From Eledone cirrhosa (lineage: Eukaryota): DNA of 64,000 nt. This document shows positions 27,067 to 42,700 of this stretch, in pieces. The notes below the pieces were generated by a model, which made no database searches, had not been told where the DNA came from, and saw only the letters and a program-made list of their open reading frames with translations. Within the stretch, counting starts at the first letter, position 1. Each line of letters starts with the position of its first letter. The stretch is from positions 51,088,001 through 51,152,000 of the forward strand of contig OZ024743.1 in assembly GCA_964016885.1 (NCBI GenBank). The letters run 5' to 3'. The translations under genes were made by a program, and so were the position numbers.

Positions 27067-30000
27067 TAATAGTTACATGAGTGGTAATAAACCATCAGAT
27101 GTAATAGTTACATTAGTAGTAATAAACTATAAGATGTAATAGTTACATTAGTAGTAATAAACTATCAGATGTAATAGTTACATTAGTGGTAATAAACCAC
27201 CAGATGTAGTAGTTACATTAGTGATAAAAAACCACCAGATGTAGTAGTTACATTAGTGGTAATAAACCACCAGATGTAGTAGTTACATTAGTGGTAATAA
27301 ACCACCAGATGTAATAGTTACATTAGTGATAATAAACCATCAGATGCAATAGTTACATTAGTGGTAATAAACCACTAGATGTAATAGTTACATTAGTGGT
27401 AATAAACCACCAGATGTAATAGGTACATTAGTGGTAATAAACCACCAGATGTAATAGTTACATTAGTGGTAATAAACTACCAGATGTAATAGTTACATTA
27501 GTGGTAATAAACCACCAGATGTAATAGTCACATTAGTGGTAATAAACCACCAGATGTAATAGTTACATTAGTGGTAATAAATGACCAGATGTAATAGTTA
27601 CATTAGTGGTAATAAACCACCAGATGTAATAGTCACATTAGTGGTAATAAACCATCAGATGCAATAGTTACATTAGTGGTAATAAACCATTAGATGTGAT
27701 AGTTATATTAGTAGTAATAAACCATCAAATGTAATAGTTACATTAGTGGTAATAAACCATCAGTTGTAACATTAGTGGTAATAAACCACCAGATGTAGTA
27801 GCTACGTTAGTGGTAATAAACCATCAGATGTAATAGTTACATTAGTGGTAATAAACGACCAGATGTAGTAGTTACGTTAGTGGTAATACACCATCAGATG
27901 TAATAGCTACATTAGTGGTAATAAACCATCAGATGTAACATTAGTGGTAATAAACGACCAGATGTAGTAGTTACGTTAGTGGTAATACACCATCAGATAT
28001 AATAGTTACATTAGTGGTAATAAACCATCAGATGTAATAGTTACATTAGTAGTAATAAACTATCAGATGTAATAGTTACATTAGTAGTAATAAACTATCA
28101 GATGTAATAGTTACATTAGTGGTAATAAACCACCAGATGTAGTAGTTACATTAGTGGTAATAAACCACCAGATGTAGTAGTTACATTAGTGGTAATAAAC
28201 CACCAGATGTAGTAGTTACATTAGTGGTAATAAACCACCAGATGTAATAGTTACATTAGTGATAATAAACCATCAGATGCAATAGTTACATTAGTGGTAA
28301 TAAACCACTAGATGTAATAGTTACATTAGTGGTAATAAACCACCAGATGTAATAGTTACATTAGTGGTAATAAACCACCAGATGTAATAGTTACATTAGT
28401 GGTAATAAACTACCAGATGTAATAGTTACATTAGTGGTAATAAACCACCAGATGTAATAGTTACATTAGTGGTAATAAACCACCTGATGTAGTAGTTACA
28501 TTAGTGGTAATAAACCACCAGATGTAGTAGTTACATTAGCGGTAATAAACCACCAGATGTAGTAGTTACATTAGTGGTAATAAACCACCAGATGTAATAG
28601 TTACATTAGTGATAATAAACCATCAGATGCAATAGTTACATTAGTGGTAATAAACCACTAGATGTAATAGTTACATTAGTGGTAATAAACCACCAGATGT
28701 AATAGTTACATTAGTGGTAATAAACCACCAGATGTAATAGTTACATTAGTGGTAATAAACTACCAGATGGAATAGTGACATTAGTGGTAATAAACCACCA
28801 GATGTAATAGTTACATTAGTGGTAATAAACCACCAGATGTAATGGTTACATTAGTGGTAATGACCAGATGTAATAGTTACATTAGTGGTAATAAACCACC
28901 AGATGTAGTAGTTACATTAGTGGTAATAAACCATCAGATGTAATAGTTACGTTAGTAGTAATAAACCATCAGATGTAATAGTTACATTAGTGGTAACAAA
29001 CCATCAGATGTAATAGTTACATTAGTGGTAATAAACCACCAGATGTAATAGTTACATTAGTAGTAATAACCCATCAGATGTAATAGTTACATTAGTGGTA
29101 ATAAACCATCAGATGTAATAGTTACATTAGTAGTAATAAACTATAAGATGTAATAGTTACATTAGTGGTAATAAACCACCAGATGTAATAGTTACATTAC
29201 TGGTAATAAACCACCAGATGTAATAGTTACATTAGTGGTAATAAACCACCAGATGTAATAGTTACATTAGTGGTAATTAACCTTCAGATGTAATAGTTAG
29301 ATTAGTAGTAATAAACCACCAGATGTAATACTTACATTAGTAGTAATAAACCATCAGATGTAGTTACATTAGTAGTAATAAACAATCAGATGTAATAGTT
29401 ACATTAGTGGTAATAAACCACCAGATGTAATAGTTACATTAGTGGGAATAAACCATCAGTTGTAATAGTTACATTAGTGGTAATAAACCACCAGATGTAG
29501 TAGTTACATTAGTGGTAATAAACCATCAGATGTAATAATTACATTAGTGGTAATAAACCATCAGATGTAATAGTTACATTAGTAGTAATAAACCATCAGA
29601 TGTAATAGTTACATTAGTAGTAATAAACCATCAGATGTAATAGTTACATTAGTGGTAATAAACCACCAGATGTAATAGTTACATTAGTGGTAATAAACCA
29701 TCAGATGCAATAGTTACATTAGTAGTAATAAAGCACCAGATGTAATAGTTACATTAGTGGTAATAAACCATCAGTTGTAACATTAGTGGTAATAAACGAC
29801 CAGATGTAGTAGTTACGTTAGTGGTAATACACCATCAGATGTAATAGTTACATTAGTAGTAATAAACCATCAGATGTAATAGTTATATTAGTAGTAATAA
29901 CCACCAGATGTAATTGTTACATTAGTGGTAATAACCCATCAGATGTAATAGTTACATCAGTGGTAATAAACCATCAGATGTAATAGTTACATTAGTGGTA

Positions 30001-30710
30001 ATAAACCATCAGATGTAATAGTTATATTAGTGGTAATAAACCATCAGATGTAATAGTTACATTAGTAGTAATAGACCATTAGATGTAATAGTTACATTAG
30101 TAGTAATAAACCATCAGATGTAATAGTTATATTAGTGGTAATTAACCATCAGATGTAATAGTTACATTAGTGGTAATAAACCATCAGATGTAATAGTTAC
30201 AATAGTGATAATAAACCATCAGATGTAATAGTTACATTAGTGATAAAAACCACCAGATGTAATAGTTACATTAGTGGTAATAAACCACCAGATATAATAG
30301 TTACATTAGTGGTAATAAACCACCAGATGTAATAGTTACATTAGTGGTAATAAACCATCAGATGTTATAGTTACATTAGTGGGAATAAACCATCAGTTGT
30401 AATAGTTACATTAGTGGTAATAAACCACCAGTTGAAACATTAGTGGTAATAAACCACCAGATGTAGTAGTTACATTAGTGGTAATAAACCACCAGATGTA
30501 GTAGTTACCTTACTGGTAATAAACCACCAGATGTAGTAGTTACATTAGTGGTAATAAACCACCAGATGTAATAGTTACATTAGTGATAATAAACCATCAG
30601 ATGCAATAGTTACATTAGTGGTAATAAACCACTAGATGTAATAGTTACATTAGTGGTAATAAACCACCAGATGTAATAGTTACATTAGTGGTAATAAACC
30701 ACCAGATGTA

Positions 30711-31728
30711 GCGGGATCTCAGGAAGCTTAATTAAGAATGTAGGATTCACATGCAGCAGCTGTGCTGAGACAGCAAACAGCCACAGGAAACAAGTACTAC
30801 CAATCTCTGGGAGGGCCCTGTAGAAACAGTTGACAGCTTCTGCTACCTAGGTGACCGAATTAGCAACGGAGGTGGGTGTTCAGAAAGTGCAATAACTAGG
30901 GTAAGAACAGGATGGAAGAAGTTTAGGGAACTACTACCACTGCTAGCTGCAAAAGGCTTCTCCCTCAGAATGAAAGGCAGACTGTATGATGCGTGTATCC
31001 GAACAGCGATGTTGCATGGTAGCGAGACCTGGGCGCTGAAGGTGGAAGACTTACGTAGATTAGAGAGAAACGAAGCCTGCATGCTCCGATGGAGGTGTAA
31101 CAATAATATACGTGAACGACAAAGCATAAATGAATTGAGAGAGAGACTGAGCATAAGAGGAATCAAATGCTGCGTGCAGGAGAGGCGGTTGCGCTAGTTT
31201 GGACATGTGATGCGTATGAAGGATGATAGCTGCATAAAAAGGTGCAGAGCAGTAGAAGTTGATGGAAACCGCGGAGTGGGGAGACCCAAGATGACCTGGG
31301 ATGAGGTGATAAAAGCCAACCTTACCCAATTACACCTCTCAAAGACAATGACACACGACCGTGACTTCTGGCGTCACGCAGTAATACGGAGTACCCGACC
31401 TCCCATGGGTACAAGCTGAAGCATATAGACAATATGCCCCCACACCCCCCACCGCAAGGTGGTCGTGGAGGTGCCACGGAAAAAAAGCACCCAGCCCACA
31501 CTGTAGAGTGGACGTGTAGGCGCCACGGAAAAAAAGTACCCAGCACTCACTATAAATGAGGTTGGTGTTAGGAAGGGCATCCAGCTGTAGAAACCAGGCC
31601 AAATCAGTTCCTGTATGAGCAAGGCATGGTCAGCCGACCAGACACTGCCCACATCAGGACAACCCGTCTAACCCATGCTAGCGTGGAAGAACGGACGTAA
31701 AACGGTGATGATGATGATGATGATGATG
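30711..31728 (+). mobile_element. 5'-truncated RTE LINE, copy 2 (extra in-frame stop)
   Basis: Same boundaries as copy 1. TGG to TAG at 31195-31197. Confidence 0.93.
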
Positions 31729-34329
31729 TAATAGTTACATTAGTGGTAATAAACCATCAGATGTAATAGTTACATTAGTAGTAATAAACTATCAGATGTA
31801 ATAGCTACATTAGTAGTAATAAACTATCAGATGTAATAGTTACATTAGTGGTAATAAACCACCAGATGTAGTAGTTACATTAGTGGTAATAAACCACCAG
31901 ATGTAGTAGTTACATTAGTGGTAATAAACCACCAGATGTAGTAGTTACATTAGTGGTAATAAACCATCAGATGTAATAGTTACGTTAGTAGTAATAAACC
32001 ATCAGATGTAATAGTTACATTAGTGGTAATAAACTACCAGATGTAATAGTTACATTAGTGGTAATAAACCACCAGATGTAGTAGTTACATTAGTGGTAAT
32101 AAACCACAAGATGTAGTAGTTACATTAGCGGTAATAAACCACCAGATGTAATAGTTACATTAGTGGTAATAAACCACCAGATGTAATAGTTACATTAGTG
32201 ATAATAAACCATCAGATGCAATAGTTACATTAGTGGTAATAAACCACTAGATGTAATAGTTACATTAGTGGTAATAAACCACCAGATGTAATAGTTACAT
32301 TAGTGGTAATAAACTACCAGATGTAATAGTTACATTTGTGGTAATAAACCACCAGATGTAATAGTTACATTAGTGGTAATAAACCACCAGATGTAATGGT
32401 TACATTAGTGGTAATGACCAGATGTAATAGTTACATTAGTGGTAATAAACCACCAGATGTAGTAGTTACATTAGTGGTAATAAACCATCAGATGTAATAG
32501 TTACGTTAGTAGTAATAAACCATCAGATGTAATAGTTACATTAGTGGTAATAAACCATCAGATGTAATAGTTACATTAGTGGTAATAAACCACCAGATGT
32601 AATAGTTACATTAGTAGTAATAACCCATCAGATGTAATAGTTACATTAGTGGTAATAAACCATCAGATGTAATAGTTACATTAGTAGTAATAAACTATAA
32701 GATGTAATAATTACATTAGTGGTAATAAACCACCAGATGTAATAGTTACATTAGTGGTAATAAACCACCAGATGTAATAGTTACATTAGTGGTAATAAAC
32801 CACCAGATGTAATAGTTACATTAGTGGTAATAAACCATCAGATGTAATAGTTAGATTAGTAGTAATAAACCACCAGATGTAATACTTACATTAGTAGTAA
32901 TAAACCATCAGATGTAGTTACATTAGTAGTAATAAACAATCAGATGTAATAGTTACATTAGTGGTAATAAACCACCAGATGTAATAGTTACATTAGTGGG
33001 AATAAACCATCAGTTGTAATAGTTACATTAGTGGTAATAAACCATCAGTTGAAACATTAGTGGTAATAAACCACCAGATGTAGTAGTTACATTAGTGGTA
33101 ATAAACCATCAGATGTAATAGTTACATTAGTGGTAATAAACCATCAGATGTAATAGTTACATTAGTAGTAATAAACCATCAGATGTAATAGTTACATTAG
33201 TAGTAATAAACCATCAGATGTAATAGTTACATTAGTGTTAATAAACCACCAGATGTAATAGTTACATTAGTGGTAATAAACCATCAGATGCAATAGTTAC
33301 ATTAGTAGTAATAAAGCACCAGATGTAATAGTTACATTAGTGGTAATAAACCATCAGTTGTAACATTAGTGGTAATAAACGACCAGATGTAGTAGTTACG
33401 TTAGTGGTAATACACCATCAGATGTAATAGTTACATTAGTAGTAATAAACCATCAGATGTAATAGTTATATTAGTAGTAATAACCACCAGATGTAATTGT
33501 TACATTAGTGGTAATAACCCATCAGATGTAATAGTTACATTAGTAGTAATAAACTATCAGATGTAATAGTTACATTAGTAGTAATAAAACATCAGATGTA
33601 ATAGTTACATAAGTGGTAATAAACCATCAGATGTAATAGTTACATTAGTAGTAATAAACTATCAGATGTAATAGTTACATCAGTGGTAATAAACCATCAG
33701 ATGTAATAGTTACATTAGTGGTAATAAACCATCAGATGTAATAGTTATATTAGTGGTAATAAACCATCAGATGTAATAGTTACATTAGTAGTAATAGACC
33801 ATTAGATGTAATAGTTACATTAGTAGTAATAAACCATCAGATGTAATAGTTATATTAGTGGTAATTAACCATCAGATGTAATAGTTACATTAGTGGTAAT
33901 AAACCATCAGATGTAATAGTTACAATAGTGATAATAAACCATCAGATGTAATAGTTACATTAGTGATAATAAACCACCAGATGTAATAGTTACATTAGTG
34001 GTAATAAACCACCAGATATAATAGTTACATTAGTGGTAATAAACCACCAGATGTAATAGTTACATTAGTGGTAATAAACCATCAGATGTTATAGTTACAT
34101 TAGTGGGAATAAACCATCAGTTGTAATAGTTACATTAGTGGTAATAAACCACCAGTTGAAACATTAGTGGTAATAAACCACCAGATGTAGTAGTTACATT
34201 AGTGGTAATAAACCATCAGATGTAATAGTTACATTAGTAGTAATAAACCACCAGATGTAATAGTTACATTAGTGGTAATAAACTATCAGATGTAATAGTT
34301 ACATTAGTGATAATAAACCACCAGATGTA

Positions 34330-35344
34330 GCGGGATCTCAGGAAGCTTAATTAAGAATGTAGGATTCACATGCAGCAGCTGTGCTGAGACAGCAAACAGC
34401 CACAGGAAACAAGTACCACCAATCTCTGGGAGGGCCCTGTAGAAACAGTTGACAGCTTCTGCTACCTAGGTGACCGAATTAGCAACGGAGGTGGGTGTTC
34501 AGAAAGTGCAATAACTAGGGTAAGAACGGGATGGAAGAAGTTTAGGGAACTACTACCACTGCTAGCTGCAAAAAGCTTCTCGCTCAGAATGAAAGGCAGA
34601 CTGTATGATGCGTGTATCCAAACAGCGATGTTGCATGGTAGCGAGACCTGGGCGCTGAAGGTGGAAGACTTACGTAGATTAGAGAGAAACGAAGCCTGCA
34701 TGCTCCGATGGATGTGTAACTATAATATACGTGAACGACAAAGCATAAATGAATTGAGAGAGAGACTGAGCATAAGAGGAATCAAATGCTGTGTGCAGGA
34801 GAGGCGGTTGTGCTGGTATGGACATGTGATGCGTATGAAGGATGATAGCTGCATAAAAAGGTGCAGAGCACTAGAAGTTGATGGAAACCGCGGAGTGGGG
34901 AGACCCAAGATGACCTGGGATGAGGTGATAAAAGCCGACCTTACTCAATTACACCTCTCAAAGACAATGACACACGACCGTGACTTCTGGCGTCACGCAG
35001 TAATACAGAGTACCCGACCTCCCATGGGTACAAGCTGAAGCATATAGACAATATGCCCCCACGCCCCCCACCGCAAGGTGGTCGTGGAGGTGCCACGGAA
35101 AAAAAGCACCCATCCCACACTGTAAAGTGGACGTGTAGGCGCCACGGAAAAAAAGTACCCAGCAATTACTATAAATGAGGTTGGTGTTAGGAAGGGCATC
35201 CAGCTGTAGAAACCAGGCCAAATCAGTTCCTGTATGAGCAAGGCATGGTCAGCCGACCAGACACTGCCCACATCAGGACAACCCGTCTAACCCATGCTAG
35301 CGTGGAAGAACGGACGTAAAACGGTGATGATGATGATGATGATG
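34330..35344 (+). mobile_element. 5'-truncated RTE LINE, copy 3
   Basis: Same boundaries as copy 1. Shares diagnostic variants with copies 4 and 5. Confidence 0.93.
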
Positions 35345-38300
35345 TAATAGTTACATTAGTGGTAATAAACCATCAGATGTAATAGTTACATTAGTGGTAA
35401 TAAACTATCAGATGTAATAGTTGCATTAGTGGTAATAAACCACCAGATGTAGTAGTTACATTAGTGGTAATAAACCACCAGATGTAGCAGTTACATTAGT
35501 GGTAATAAACCACCAGATGTAATAGTTACATTAGTGATAATAAACCATCAGATGCAATAGTTACATTAGTGGTAATAAACCACTAGATGTAATAGTTACA
35601 TTAGTGGTAATAAACCACCAGATGTAATAGTTACATTAGTGGTAATAAACCACCAGATGTAATAGTTACATTAGTGGTAATAAACTACCAGATGTAATAG
35701 TTACATTAGTGGTAATAAACCACCAGATGTAATAGTTACATTAGTGGTAATAAACCACCAGATGTAATGGTTACATTAGTGGTAATAAATGACCAGATGT
35801 AATAGTTACATTAGTGGTAATAAACCACCAGATGTAATAGTTACATTAGTGATAATAAACCATCAGATGCAATAGTTACATTAGTGGTAATAAACCACTA
35901 GATGTAATAGTTACATTAGTGGTAATAAACCACTAGATGTAATAGTTACATTACTGGTAATAAACTACCAGATGTAATAGTTACATTAGTGGTAATAAAC
36001 CACCAGATGTAATAGTTACATTAGTGGTAATAAAACACCAGATGTAATAGTTACATTAGTGGTAATAAATGACCAGATGTAATAGTTACATTAGTGGTAA
36101 TAAACCACCAGATGTAATAGTTACATTAGTGGTAATAAACCATCAGATGTAATAGTTACATTAGTAGTAATAAACCATTAAATGTAATAGTTACATTAGT
36201 AGTAATAAACTATCAGATGTAATAGTTACATTAGTAGTAATGAACTATCAGATGTAATAGTTACATTAATGGTAATAACCCATCAGATGTAATAGTTACA
36301 TTAGTAGTAATAAACTATCAGATGTAATAGTTACATTAGTGGTAATAAACCATCAGATGTAATAGTTACATTAGTAGTAATAAACCATCAGATGTAATAG
36401 TTACATTAGTGGTAATAAACCATCAGTTGTAACATTAGTAGTAATAAACCACCAGATGTAGTAGTTACGTTAGTGGTAATACACCATCAGATGTAATAGT
36501 TACATTAGTGGTAATAAACCATCAGATGTAACATTAGTGGTAATAAACGACCAGATGTAGTAGTTACGTTAGTGGTAATACACCATCAGATATAATAGTT
36601 ACATTAGTGGTAATAAACCATCAGATGTAATAGTTACATTAGTAGTAATAACCACCAGATGTAATTGTTACATTAGTGGTAATAACCCATCAGATGTAAT
36701 AGTTACATTAGTAGTAATAAACCATCAGATGTAATAGTTACATTAGTGGTAATAAACCATCAGATGTAATAGTTACACTAGTGGTAATAAACCATCAGAT
36801 GTAATAGTTACACTAGTGGTAATAAACCATCAGATGTAATAGATACATTAGTAGTAATAAACCATCACATGTAATAGTTACATTAGTAGTAATAAACCAT
36901 CAGATGTAATAGTTACATTAGTAGTAATAAACCATTAGATGTAATAGTTACATTAGTGGTAATAAACCATCAGATGCAATAGTTACATTAGTGGTAATAA
37001 ACCATCAGAAGTAATAGTTACATTAGTAGTAATAAACCACCAGATGTAATAGTTACATTAGTAGTAATAAACCATCAGATGTAATAGTTACATTAGTGGT
37101 AATAAACCATCAGTTGTAACATTAGTGGTAATAAACCATCAGATGTAGTAGTTACATTAGTGGTAATAAACCATCCGATGTAATAGTTACATTAGTGGTA
37201 ATAAACCACCAGATGTAATAGTTACATTAGTGGTAATAAACCACGAGATGTAATAGTTACATCAGTGGTAATAAACCATCAGATGTAATAGTTACATTAG
37301 TGGTAATAAACCATTAGATGTAATAGTTACATTAGTGGTAATAAACCATTAGATGTAATAGTTACATTAGTAGTAATAAACTATCAGATGTAATAGTTAC
37401 ATCAGTAGTAATAACCCATCAAATGTAATAGTTACGTTAGTAGTAATAAACCATCAAATGTAATAGTTACTTTAGTAGTAATAAACTATGAGATGTAATA
37501 GTTACATTAGTAGTAATAAACTATTAGATGTAATAGTTACATTAGTGGTAATAAACCATCAGATGTAGTAGTTACATTAGTGGTAATAAACCACCAGATG
37601 CAATGGTTACATTAGTGATAATAAACCATTAGATGCAATAGTTACATTAGTGGTAATAAACCATCAGATGTAATAGTTACATTAGTGGTAATAAACCATC
37701 AGATGTAATAGTTACATTAGTGGTAATAAACCACCAGATGTAATAGTTACATTAGTGGTAATAAACCACCAGATGTAATAGTTACATTAGTGGTAATAAA
37801 CCACCAGATGTAATAGTTACATTAGTGGTATTAAACCACCAGATGTAATAGTTACATTAGTGGTAATAAACCACCAGATGTAATAGTTACATTAGTGGTA
37901 ATAAACTACTAGATGTAATAGTTACATTAGTGGTAATAAACCACCAGATGTAATAGTTACATTAGTGGTAATAAACCATCAGAAGTAATAGTTACATTAG
38001 TAGTAATAAACCAACAGATGTAATAGTTACATTAGTAGTAATAAACCATCAGATGTAATAGTTACATTAGTGGTAATAAACCATCAGTTGTAACATTAGT
38101 GGTAATAAACCATCAGATGTAGTAGTTACATTAGTGGTAATAAACCATCAGATGTAATAGTTACATTAGTGGTAATAAACCACCAGATGTAATAGTTACA
38201 TTAGTGGTAATAAACCACCAGATGTAATAGTTACATTAGTGGTAATAAACCACCAGATGTAATAGTTACATTAGTGGTAATAAACCACCAGATGTAATAG

Positions 38301-38716
38301 TTACATTAGTGGTAATAAACCACCAGATGTAATAGTTACAATAGTGGTAATAAACCACCAGATGTAATAGTTACATTAGTGGTAATAAACCACCAGATGT
38401 AATAGTTACATTAGTGGTAATAAAACACCAGATGTAATAGTTACATTAGTGGTAATAAATGACCAGATGTAATAGTTACATTAGTGGTAATAAACCACCA
38501 GATGTAATAGTTACATTAGTGGTAATAAACCATCAGATGTAATAGTTACATTAGTAGTAATAAACCATCAAATGTAATAGTTACATTAGTAGTAATAAAC
38601 TATCAGATGTAATAGTTACATTAGTAGTAATAAACCATCAAATGTAATAGTTACATTAGTGGTAATAAACTATCAGATGTAATAGTTACATTAGTGATAA
38701 TAAACCACCAGATGTA

Positions 38717-39731
38717 GCGGGATCTCAGGAAGCTTAATTAAGAATGTAGGATTCACATGCAGCAGCTGTGCTGAGACAGCAAACAGCCACAGGAAACAAG
38801 TACCACCAATCTCTGGGAGGGCCCTGTAGAAACAGTTGACAGCTTCTGCTACCTAGGTGACCGAATTAGCAACGGAGGTGGGTGTTCAGAAAGTGCAATA
38901 ACTAGGGTAAGAACGGGATGGAAGAAGTTTAGGGAACTACTACCACTGCTAGCTGCAAAAAGCTTCTCGCTCAGAATGAAAGGCAGACTGTATGATGCGT
39001 GTATCCAAACAGCGATGTTGCATGGTAGCGAGACCTGGGCGCTGAAGGTGGAAGACTTACGTAGATTAGAGAGAAACGAAGCCTGCATGCTCCGATGGAT
39101 GTGTAACTATAATATACGTGAACGACAAAGCATAAATGAATTGAGAGAGAGACTGAGCATAAGAGGAATCAAATGCTGTGTGCAGGAGAGGCGGTTGTGC
39201 TGGTATGGACATGTGATGCGTATGAAGGATGATAGCTGCATAAAAAGGTGCAGAGCACTAGAAGTTGATGGAAACCGCGGAGTGGGGAGACCCAAGATGA
39301 CCTGGGATGAGGTGATAAAAGCCGACCTTACCCAATTACACCTCTCAAAGACAATGACACACGACCGTGACTTCTGGCGTCACGCAGTAATACAGAGTAC
39401 CCGACCTCCCATGGGTACAAGCTGAAGCATATAGACAATATGCCCCCACGCCCCCCACCGCAAGGTGGTCGTGGAGGTGCCACGGAAAAAAAGCACCCAT
39501 CCCACACTGTAAAGTGGACGTGTAGGCGCCACGGAAAAAAAGTACCCAGCAATTACTATAAATGAGGTTGGTGTTAGGAAGGGCATCCAGCTGTAGAAAC
39601 CAGGCCAAATCAGTTCCTGTATGAGCAAGGCATGGTCAGCCGACCAGACACTGCCCACATCAGGACAACCCGTCTAACCCATGCTAGCGTGGAAGAACGG
39701 ACGTAAAACGGTGATGATGATGATGATGATG
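38717..39731 (+). mobile_element. 5'-truncated RTE LINE, copy 4
   Basis: Nearly identical to copies 3 and 5. Confidence 0.93.
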
Positions 39732-42700
39732 TAATAGTTACATTAGTGGTAATAAACCATCAGATGTAATAGTTACATTAGTAGTAATAAACTATCAGAT
39801 GTAATAGTTGCATTAGTGGTAATAAACCACCAGATGTAGTAGTTACATTAGTGGTAATAAACCACCAGATGTAGCAGTTACATTAGTGGTAATAAACCAC
39901 CAGATGTAATAGTTACATTAGTGATAATAAACCATCAGATGCAATAGTTACATTAGTGGTAATAAACCACTAGATGTAATAGTTACATTAGTGGTAATAA
40001 ACCACCAGATGTAATAGTTACATTAGTGGTAATAAACCACCAGATGTAATAGTTACATTAGTGGTAATAAACTACCAGATGTAATAGTTACATTAGTGGT
40101 AATAAACCACCAGATGTAATAGTTACATTAGTGGTAATAAACCACCAGATGTAATGGTTACATTAGTGGTAATAAATGACCAGATGTAATAGTTACATTA
40201 GTGGTAATAAACCACCAGATGTAATAGTTACATTAGTGATAATAAACCATCAGATGCAATAGTTACATTAGTGGTAATAAACCACTAGATGTAATAGTTA
40301 CATTAGTGGTAATAAACCACTAGATGTAATAGTTACATTACTGGTAATAAACTACCAGATGTAATAGTTACATTAGTGGTAATAAACCACCAGATGTAAT
40401 AGTTACATTAGTGGTAATAAAACACCAGATGTAATAGTTACATTAGTGGTAATAAATGACCAGATGTAATAGTTACATTAGTGGTAATAAACCACCAGAT
40501 GTAATAGTTACATTAGTGGTAATAAACCATCAGATGTAATAGTTACATTAGTAGTAATAAACCATTAAATGTAATAGTTACATTAGTAGTAATAAACTAT
40601 CAGATGTAATAGTTACATTAGTAGTAATGAACTATCAGATGTAATAGTTACATTAATGGTAATAACCCATCAGATGTAATAGTTACATTAGTAGTAATAA
40701 ACTATCAGATGTAATAGTTACATTAGTGGTAATAAACCATCAGATGTAATAGTTACATTAGTAGTAATAAACCATCAGATGTAATAGTTACATTAGTGGT
40801 AATAAACCATCAGTTGTAACATTAGTAGTAATAAACCACCAGATGTAGTAGTTACGTTAGTGGTAATACACCATCAGATGTAATAGTTACATTAGTGGTA
40901 ATAAACCATCAGATGTAACATTAGTGGTAATAAACGACCAGATGTAGTAGTTACGTTAGTGGTAATACACCATCAGATATAATAGTTACATTAGTGGTAA
41001 TAAACCATCAGATGTAATAGTTACATTAGTAGTAATAACCACCAGATGTAATTGTTACATTAGTGGTAATAACCCATCAGATGTAATAGTTACATTAGTA
41101 GTAATAAACCATCAGATGTAATAGTTACATTAGTGGTAATAAACCATCAGATGTAATAGTTACACTAGTGGTAATAAACCATCAGATGTAATAGTTACAC
41201 TAGTGGTAATAAACCATCAGATGTAATAGATACATTAGTAGTAATAAACCATCACATGTAATAGTTACATTAGTAGTAATAAACCATCAGATGTAATAGT
41301 TACATTAGTAGTAATAAACCATTAGATGTAATAGTTACATTAGTGGTAATAAACCATCAGATGCAATAGTTACATTAGTGGTAATAAACCATCAGAAGTA
41401 ATAGTTACATTAGTAGTAATAAACCACCAGATGTAATAGTTACATTAGTAGTAATAAACCATCAGATGTAATAGTTACATTAGTGGTAATAAACCATCAG
41501 TTGTAACATTAGTGGTAATAAACCATCAGATGTAGTAGTTACATTAGTGGTAATAAACCATCCGATGTAATAGTTACATTAGTGGTAATAAACCACCAGA
41601 TGTAATAGTTACATTAGTGGTAATAAACCACGAGATGTAATAGTTACATCAGTGGTAATAAACCATCAGATGTAATAGTTACATTAGTGGTAATAAACCA
41701 TTAGATGTAATAGTTACATTAGTGGTAATAAACCATTAGATGTAATAGTTACATTAGTAGTAATAAACTATCAGATGTAATAGTTACATCAGTAGTAATA
41801 ACCCATCAAATGTAATAGTTACGTTAGTAGTAATAAACCATCAAATGTAATAGTTACTTTAGTAGTAATAAACTATGAGATGTAATAGTTACATTAGTAG
41901 TAATAAACTATTAGATGTAATAGTTACATTAGTGGTAATAAACCATCAGATGTAGTAGTTACATTAGTGGTAATAAACCACCAGATGCAATGGTTACATT
42001 AGTGATAATAAACCATTAGATGCAATAGTTACATTAGTGGTAATAAACCATCAGATGTAATAGTTACATTAGTGGTAATAAACCATCAGATGTAATAGTT
42101 ACATTAGTGGTAATAAACCACCAGATGTAATAGTTACATTAGTGGTAATAAACCACCAGATGTAATAGTTACATTAGTGGTAATAAACCACCAGATGTAA
42201 TAGTTACATTAGTGGTATTAAACCACCAGATGTAATAGTTACATTAGTGGTAATAAACCACCAGATGTAATAGTTACATTAGTGGTAATAAACTACTAGA
42301 TGTAATAGTTACATTAGTGGTAATAAACCACCAGATGTAATAGTTACATTAGTGGTAATAAACCATCAGAAGTAATAGTTACATTAGTAGTAATAAACCA
42401 ACAGATGTAATAGTTACATTAGTAGTAATAAACCATCAGATGTAATAGTTACATTAGTGGTAATAAACCATCAGTTGTAACATTAGTGGTAATAAACCAT
42501 CAGATGTAGTAGTTACATTAGTGGTAATAAACCATCAGATGTAATAGTTACATTAGTGGTAATAAACCACCAGATGTAATAGTTACATTAGTGGTAATAA
42601 ACCACCAGATGTAATAGTTACATTAGTGGTAATAAACCACCAGATGTAATAGTTACATTAGTGGTAATAAACCACCAGATGTAATAGTTACATTAGTGGT

